Part shown: positions 57,913-64,000 of the stretch, one piece after another
Position numbering within the stretch: the stretch's first letter is position 1
How the letters are laid out: each line of letters begins with the position of its first letter
Assembly (NCBI GenBank): GCA_964016885.1
Contig: OZ024742.1
Location: 87,110,001 to 87,174,000 of the forward strand
DNA length: 64,000 nucleotides
Source: Eledone cirrhosa
Lineage: Eukaryota
Direction of reading: 5' to 3'
Translations under genes and position numbers: made by a program
The notes under the pieces: generated by a model
Database searches by the model: none
Told to the model about the DNA's origin: nothing
The model's input: only the letters and a program-made list of their open reading frames with translations

Positions 57913-59396
57913 TGCGTGTGTGTGTGTGTACCTGTGGTGTGTGTATGCGCGTGCATGTCTGTATGTGCCTATGTGTTTGAGAGCGTTTGGGTTTGTATAG
58001 TTAATAGAAGTTAAATATTTTTGTAGTTATTATATTACTCCACCGATATTACAAACTATTACAGTACCGATAGAAGCCAACTCTTGTTTCCTGGACAGAA
58101 ATATAAGTTTGATAAGTATTATATTATTTTATGATTGGAATATCGAAATAAATTATTCAACAGAATTTTTATTCCAATGGGAAAACAAATTGTTCATTTA
58201 TTTTTCTTTCGAATATTTAAAGTAATATTGTGTATCAACTTTTTCGTCACAATAACTTTATGGAATGAAATGAGTAATGATGTATTTAATAATTTACGAG
58301 AAACGATGTTGAAACCGTAATAACCAACATAAATCAGCAATAACGAAAGTCGTACCAGAGTATCGTTACAACCTTTTAAGCATAGTGCCTGTAAATAATA
58401 ACCAAATAAGAATGTTTAATGCCATAATAAATAATTCATGGTTGTTAAATTGGAAGTGTTTTGGTAAATGTTTAAAGAAACGTTTGGCAATTATTTCAGA
58501 AAAAATATATCATAACTGCTGTTAATGAAGCATTTATTATTTAAATAAAGAGACCGGAAAATCTTCAAATTATAGACACATTACACAGATAATTATTAAG
58601 ATTTATTGCTGTTTTCTTTCTCAGATAAGAATGTTTTATGCCCTAGGTTTATGAGAGAAATTTCTACCTATTCTAATTATGAAAATATTCATGACGCATT
58701 TGTATATTTCTCCTAGAAATATATATTATATGTAATTAGAAATTAAGGAAAATATATTTTGCAAATAAAATAATGGTTACATTATGGTAAGTTGAACTTT
58801 ATAACTGATATTGATCGAGGCGATATTTACAACACAGATTATATATTACAAAATTCTTTTAATATTTTGAAAATATTTACTTAGAGAGATGCACATATGG
58901 TTTTGTACCAAATACCAACGTGTTCATTTTGGTGTGACGGATTACCCCATTCTCAATCTTGTTTCTGTTCCCCAATGTAGATACACATACACACACACAC
59001 ATACACACATACACGCACACACACTGATATATATATATGTGTATGAATTACCTTTCCAGTATCTTATTTATCATCTGTATGTCCTCATGCCCTCATTATT
59101 CTATCCTCTGCCAACAACACACTACGTTCCGTTCATATTTCACAATTGCTTCCTTTTTAAAATGTATATTCTATTTTACTTTCTTTCTAATTGCATCCTG
59201 TTCTTTCAAACCTATGTTAATCTGGTCAGTTGCATAATTTCAGAATTCCGCCCGCGGATTCTTGTATTTCCTTATATGTGTCTAATCCAGAGTATAGAAA
59301 TATATTACATTTGATATTTTCGGATGCCGGGCCTCTGTAACAATTATAAAACCACACAGTATATGTTGTATTCTTAGAGCTGGTGAGTGATAATTA

Positions 59397-59692
<296 letters not shown>

Positions 59693-59775
59693 GAATATGT
59701 GTGTGTGTGTGTGTGCGTGTTTCGCTTTGTGTGTGTGCTCGCACACGTGCGTCTCTGTATGCGCATGTGTGTGTG

Positions 59776-59856
<81 letters not shown>

Positions 59857-60057
59857 ATACGGAATCAAAGTAACATTATTACGTATTTAAACGTGCGCCG
59901 CGCTATTACAGTCCAATCAATTTTATATATATATACATATATTACCAGGTAATGCTACTAAGTTACACACGAACTTGGTCAATACTGGCCGAAACCTATC
60001 AAATGTATCAAACTTATATATATATATATATATATAACTATAGTCAGTAAAATGGTA

Positions 60058-60153
60058 GTTAACTTTGCATTTCATCCTTACGGGGTCGATAAACTAAAGT
60101 ACTAGTAATACACTGGATTAATTGCTGGCCCTGTACCAAAGGTAGAAACAATT
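60058..60153 (+). mobile_element. SINE, 5'-truncated
   Basis: gttaactttgcatttcatccttacggggtcgataaactaaagtac...gtagaaacaatt. Confidence 0.85.
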
Positions 60154-60789
60154 ATAAAGTACCTTTGATTGTTTTCAGTGAATCCTAAATCAACAATATA
60201 TAGTACCCTAATCTGTACTGTATCAACATCGAACGCGGAATAACTTTATCAATATGATATGCATATATATAGTAGGTGCATGTAAGCGTGTACATGTGGA
60301 TATTTTCAGGAATCTAATACCCAACATGTTACTGTTGTTTGGCAGATTTGTTAGAAATTTAGTGAAAATATGGATTTCTTTGTTTAAATGAATTCCAATA
60401 TAATGCTTCATTTTTTTTCTTCATGTTTGATGAAGAACTGATTCTCTCTAACATGTAGAACATGATCCATCCAGACAGGAATAAATGCAACACATTATTC
60501 TTTAGTTATTATCTTTTTTATTTTTTATTGTTTCTAATGAGGAACTCGATATTCGCGATGTGTATAGGTGACACATATTCGTGTTTGATATAGAGGAGAA
60601 TTAAATAAACATTTGTATCCAAATTTACAACGTGAATTAACTGTTTGGTTTGTAGTCGTCGTCATTGTGAAGAAAGGAATATATATCAAATAAAATTAAG
60701 ACTCAGAAATTTCTGATAAATTAGGTGGGTCCTTGATTTCTTCGTCTAAGTAATTGATTGATTCATTGATTGATTGATTGTTTGATTCA

Positions 60790-60897
60790 TTCTTCTTCTT
60801 CTTCTTCTTCTTCTTCTTCTTCTTCTTCTTCTTCTTCGTCGTCGTCGTCGTCGTCCTCGTCGTCGTCGTCTTCGTCTTCTTCTTCTTCTTCTTCTTC

Positions 60898-60939
<42 letters not shown>

Positions 60940-61145
60940 TCCTGCACCTCTACATCCTCATCCTCCTCCTCCTCCCGCTCCTCATCCGCCTCCTCCTCCT
61001 CCTCCGCCTCCTCCTCCTCCTCATCCTACTACTACTACTCCTCCTCCTCCTACTCCTCCTCATCCTCATCCTCCTCCTCCTCCCCATCCTCCTACTCCTT
61101 CTCATCCTCCTCCTCACCCCCCCCCCCCTTCTCCACCTCCTACTT
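60790..61145. repeat. Compound trinucleotide microsatellite (TCT)(TCG)(TTA)(CCT)
   Basis: Direct inspection. Confidence 0.95.
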
Positions 61146-61529
61146 CTTTCCAAAGACATTCTAACCCCATGAACATAGTATCGGCTCTGTGATCTCTCAA
61201 TTTCGAGAAATAGTGGTTCTATCCTGAGTGATTATCAGATATACAAGCTTTGCATTCTATCGAGTAAAGAACCCTATTTCGGCCGAATGTATTCGTGATA
61301 GCATTCTTTCAGTCATTACCCTAAATCCGTGAGTAGAGTAAAGGGTTGTCCCGGCTACCGAAATGAAGATTTGGCTTCTACACCTACCTCCCTACTCAGC
61401 TGGTCTTGTTTGTGGATCTACTAGTATTAATTGGAGCCAGTGTGTCCTGCGAGGGCCCACTGGAAAGCCTGCTTGAGTTGTCTAAACACACAGACATCCA
61501 CCTCCTTCTCTTCCTCCTCCTTATCTCGC

Positions 61530-62345
61530 TTCTTCTTCTTCTTCTTCTTCTTCTTCTTCTTCTTCTTCTTCTTCTTCTTCTTCTTCTTCTTCTTCTTCTT
61601 CTTCTTCTTCTTCTTCTTCTTCTTCTTCTTCTTCTTCTTCTGTGCCCCCTTATTCAACAGAAGATCGTATCCCCAAACACACTTCCCAGGGTATCTCGTT
61701 TAAAGCACACTCATCGAACTGATTCGCTTGGATCCCCATGCGATACCACACAATCATATGTATATTATCCAACCATCCCGATCGGTGTCTACCGTTGAGT
61801 TTCTTGTCAGTTGGTTTTACTCGTAAAATATGTCCAGTGATTCTTTCCTGAGATATGTGAACACATGCTCATAATATCGGACCTGTAATGTCTCAATTCG
61901 GAGAAGTAGCGTCTCTACCTGCAGTGACGTTCTGATCGCCGAGCTACGCCTTCTTCACGTAACGCTTCTTCTAAGAACCTTCGGAAGAATCTCACCTCGG
62001 CCACTTGTATTTGCGACCGTATATTTTCGGTCATTACACAAGATTCACGACTATATGTAAGCGTTGACATGAATAGCGAACACAAGATAGCAAGTTTAAC
62101 TTTTATGCCTACTTCCTTTCTGTTTACTGAATCATGATGCTGGTGCATTACGGCACCAGCTCCTGCAATTATTCCATTTAATTCAGCCTCTTGACTTCCA
62201 TCTCTCATGGACACGGCGCTGAGTTACTTGAACTCGTTTGCCTGTTTCAGTGAAACTTCAATGACATGTCCAGTGTACTGACCAGGCTTCCGTGAGAGGA
62301 GGAGTATCTCAGTTTTCAGAACACTGATTTTCATTTCAGCCATGC
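61530..62345 (-). mobile_element. Decayed RTE-clade LINE 3' part with (GAA)n tail
   Basis: MKISVLKTEILLLSRK..KQANEFK*L..ELNGIIAGAGAVM..KVKLAIL..STLTYSRES.VMT..IRSQIQVAEVRFFRR. A (CTT)n run lies at ~61530-61640 on the + strand. Confidence 0.8.
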
Positions 62346-63630
62346 AAGCACTTGGTTTGCATTCGACTATTGTAAATAATGATAACCTGGTACTCACAGA
62401 AAAATTGATACTGAATAGCAGAGCATAAGGATGGCTGAGAATATTTCTACTGATTTACATTGGACAACACTACATATAGTCGTATAGGAATTAATATTTC
62501 CGAAATGGAAATTTGAGAACTTTAGAAAATAAACATCACAAATGATTTGACTGATGTTATCATACTTTGCTGTGCAGCAACTGACAAGCATCACACTGTA
62601 CATTGAGTAAATAATAGACGAACGCATAAACATAACTACACAGATATTTGAGTAGTTTCAAATGTGACACCAGAGGTGCAATCAAGAGAACATTGCTGCA
62701 AGTATGTTTGTCAGAAACAATATATATTTCTGAAATGAATAATACAAAATAAACAGCTAGTAAACACGTGAATTATAAAGGGCTTTATGAATCCGGATCG
62801 AGGAAACCCATGTTCAACACAATATATAGGTTATCAACGATTATATTGTGTCTGAAGTGTCATTTCATGTATACACATTCAGCTTATGATCTTTATGATA
62901 TATTATTTACAGAAACTGCTCCTTAACATATAAGCAACATAGATATCACTTGTATGAATGTATTTCAAATAAGCAGAGAAAACATCGCAGCTAAGGCTGT
63001 TGCAACCAGATTCAATTGAGCACTTATCGACACAATTAGTTCTTAATCTTATATGGATACCTGTGCCTATATACACAGACACATACACAGATATGTTAGC
63101 CTATATATGTACTGTTACTTTTTCAAACGAGCTGACACCTTTCTAAATCGTTTTACCGTGTATCATAAAATTCTGAATTGTCTGGGCTGTTCAGAAATAT
63201 ATCGTCAGATGTAAAATGAAATTTTGCAAATGTTACGAAGTTATGTGTCTACTCATTAATAATGTTCATTACCTTTCTGTATATTCGCCAAGCAATTCTC
63301 TGAAAAAGCCGTATTTAAATTAATTCATATACAATATTATATCATCATTAGTATTCATAAAGTCGGTGGGATGAATACAACTTAATCTATCCCGCTTATA
63401 CCTAACATTAAGATAGGTGCGTTGTGTCTGAATCGAATACACATACACATACATATATAGGCTAACATATCTGTGTATGTGTCTGTGTATATAGACATAG
63501 GTATCCATATAAGATTAAGAAGTTCACCTTATGTCAAGATCATTCAAGGCTAAGTAAAGGTGTGTCAACTATTTTAAATCCCAGTTGACCAATACATTGT
63601 GAATGGAATGTGGTAGATGAATATATCCGT

Positions 63631-63712
<82 letters not shown>

Positions 63713-64000
63713 TATAAAAGAATGAATAATAACAGGTTGACATCATAAAAAAGGTAATTTATTATATGTGCATACAAATGTTTCCACGGTGGTTATACAG
63801 GCTAGTTATGCTATGTGCAAATTTATAACTATTTGCAAAACTCAATTATCAAATGTTGTGTCCACTGTATCATCAGAGCAGAATGGTTAAAATGTAAAAT
63901 GTAAATACCCTTAAGTGAGGTTATTGGGGAAGATAGAGAGAAAAGGAAAAGAGAAAAGAAGGCGAGAGGGAGAAAGATATATATATATATATATATTCAG

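Noticed and set aside
60696-61798. Poly-Ser/Tyr/Pro, poly-Leu and poly-Lys ORFs
   Set aside because: They are trinucleotide microsatellite artefacts with no splice or domain evidence.

Overview
AT-rich, microsatellite-saturated eukaryotic DNA. The repeat families are typical of a coleoid cephalopod, probably an octopod (inference). No host gene can be supported, and nearly all ORFs in the track are (TA)n/(CA)n/(GA)n/(TAA)n artefacts. The real coding content is mobile: a nearly intact R4/Dong-type RT+RLE retrotransposon (39700-43351, one +1 frameshift) inside a ~10 kb pile-up of (TAA)n-tailed LINEs, two Penelope GIY-YIG remnants, RTE, Tx1/L1 and CRE fragments, and about ten copies of one tRNA-derived SINE. 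Two less obvious layers stand out. First, at least five unrelated minimal type I hammerhead-ribozyme motifs, including one with a compensatory U3:A8 core and a tandem, retrozyme-like pair. Second, several intronless, coding-like, virus-like islands sit inside (TA)n tracts, and three of them fold into long stems capped by a Y/T fork. All structure and homology calls were made by eye and need computational confirmation.
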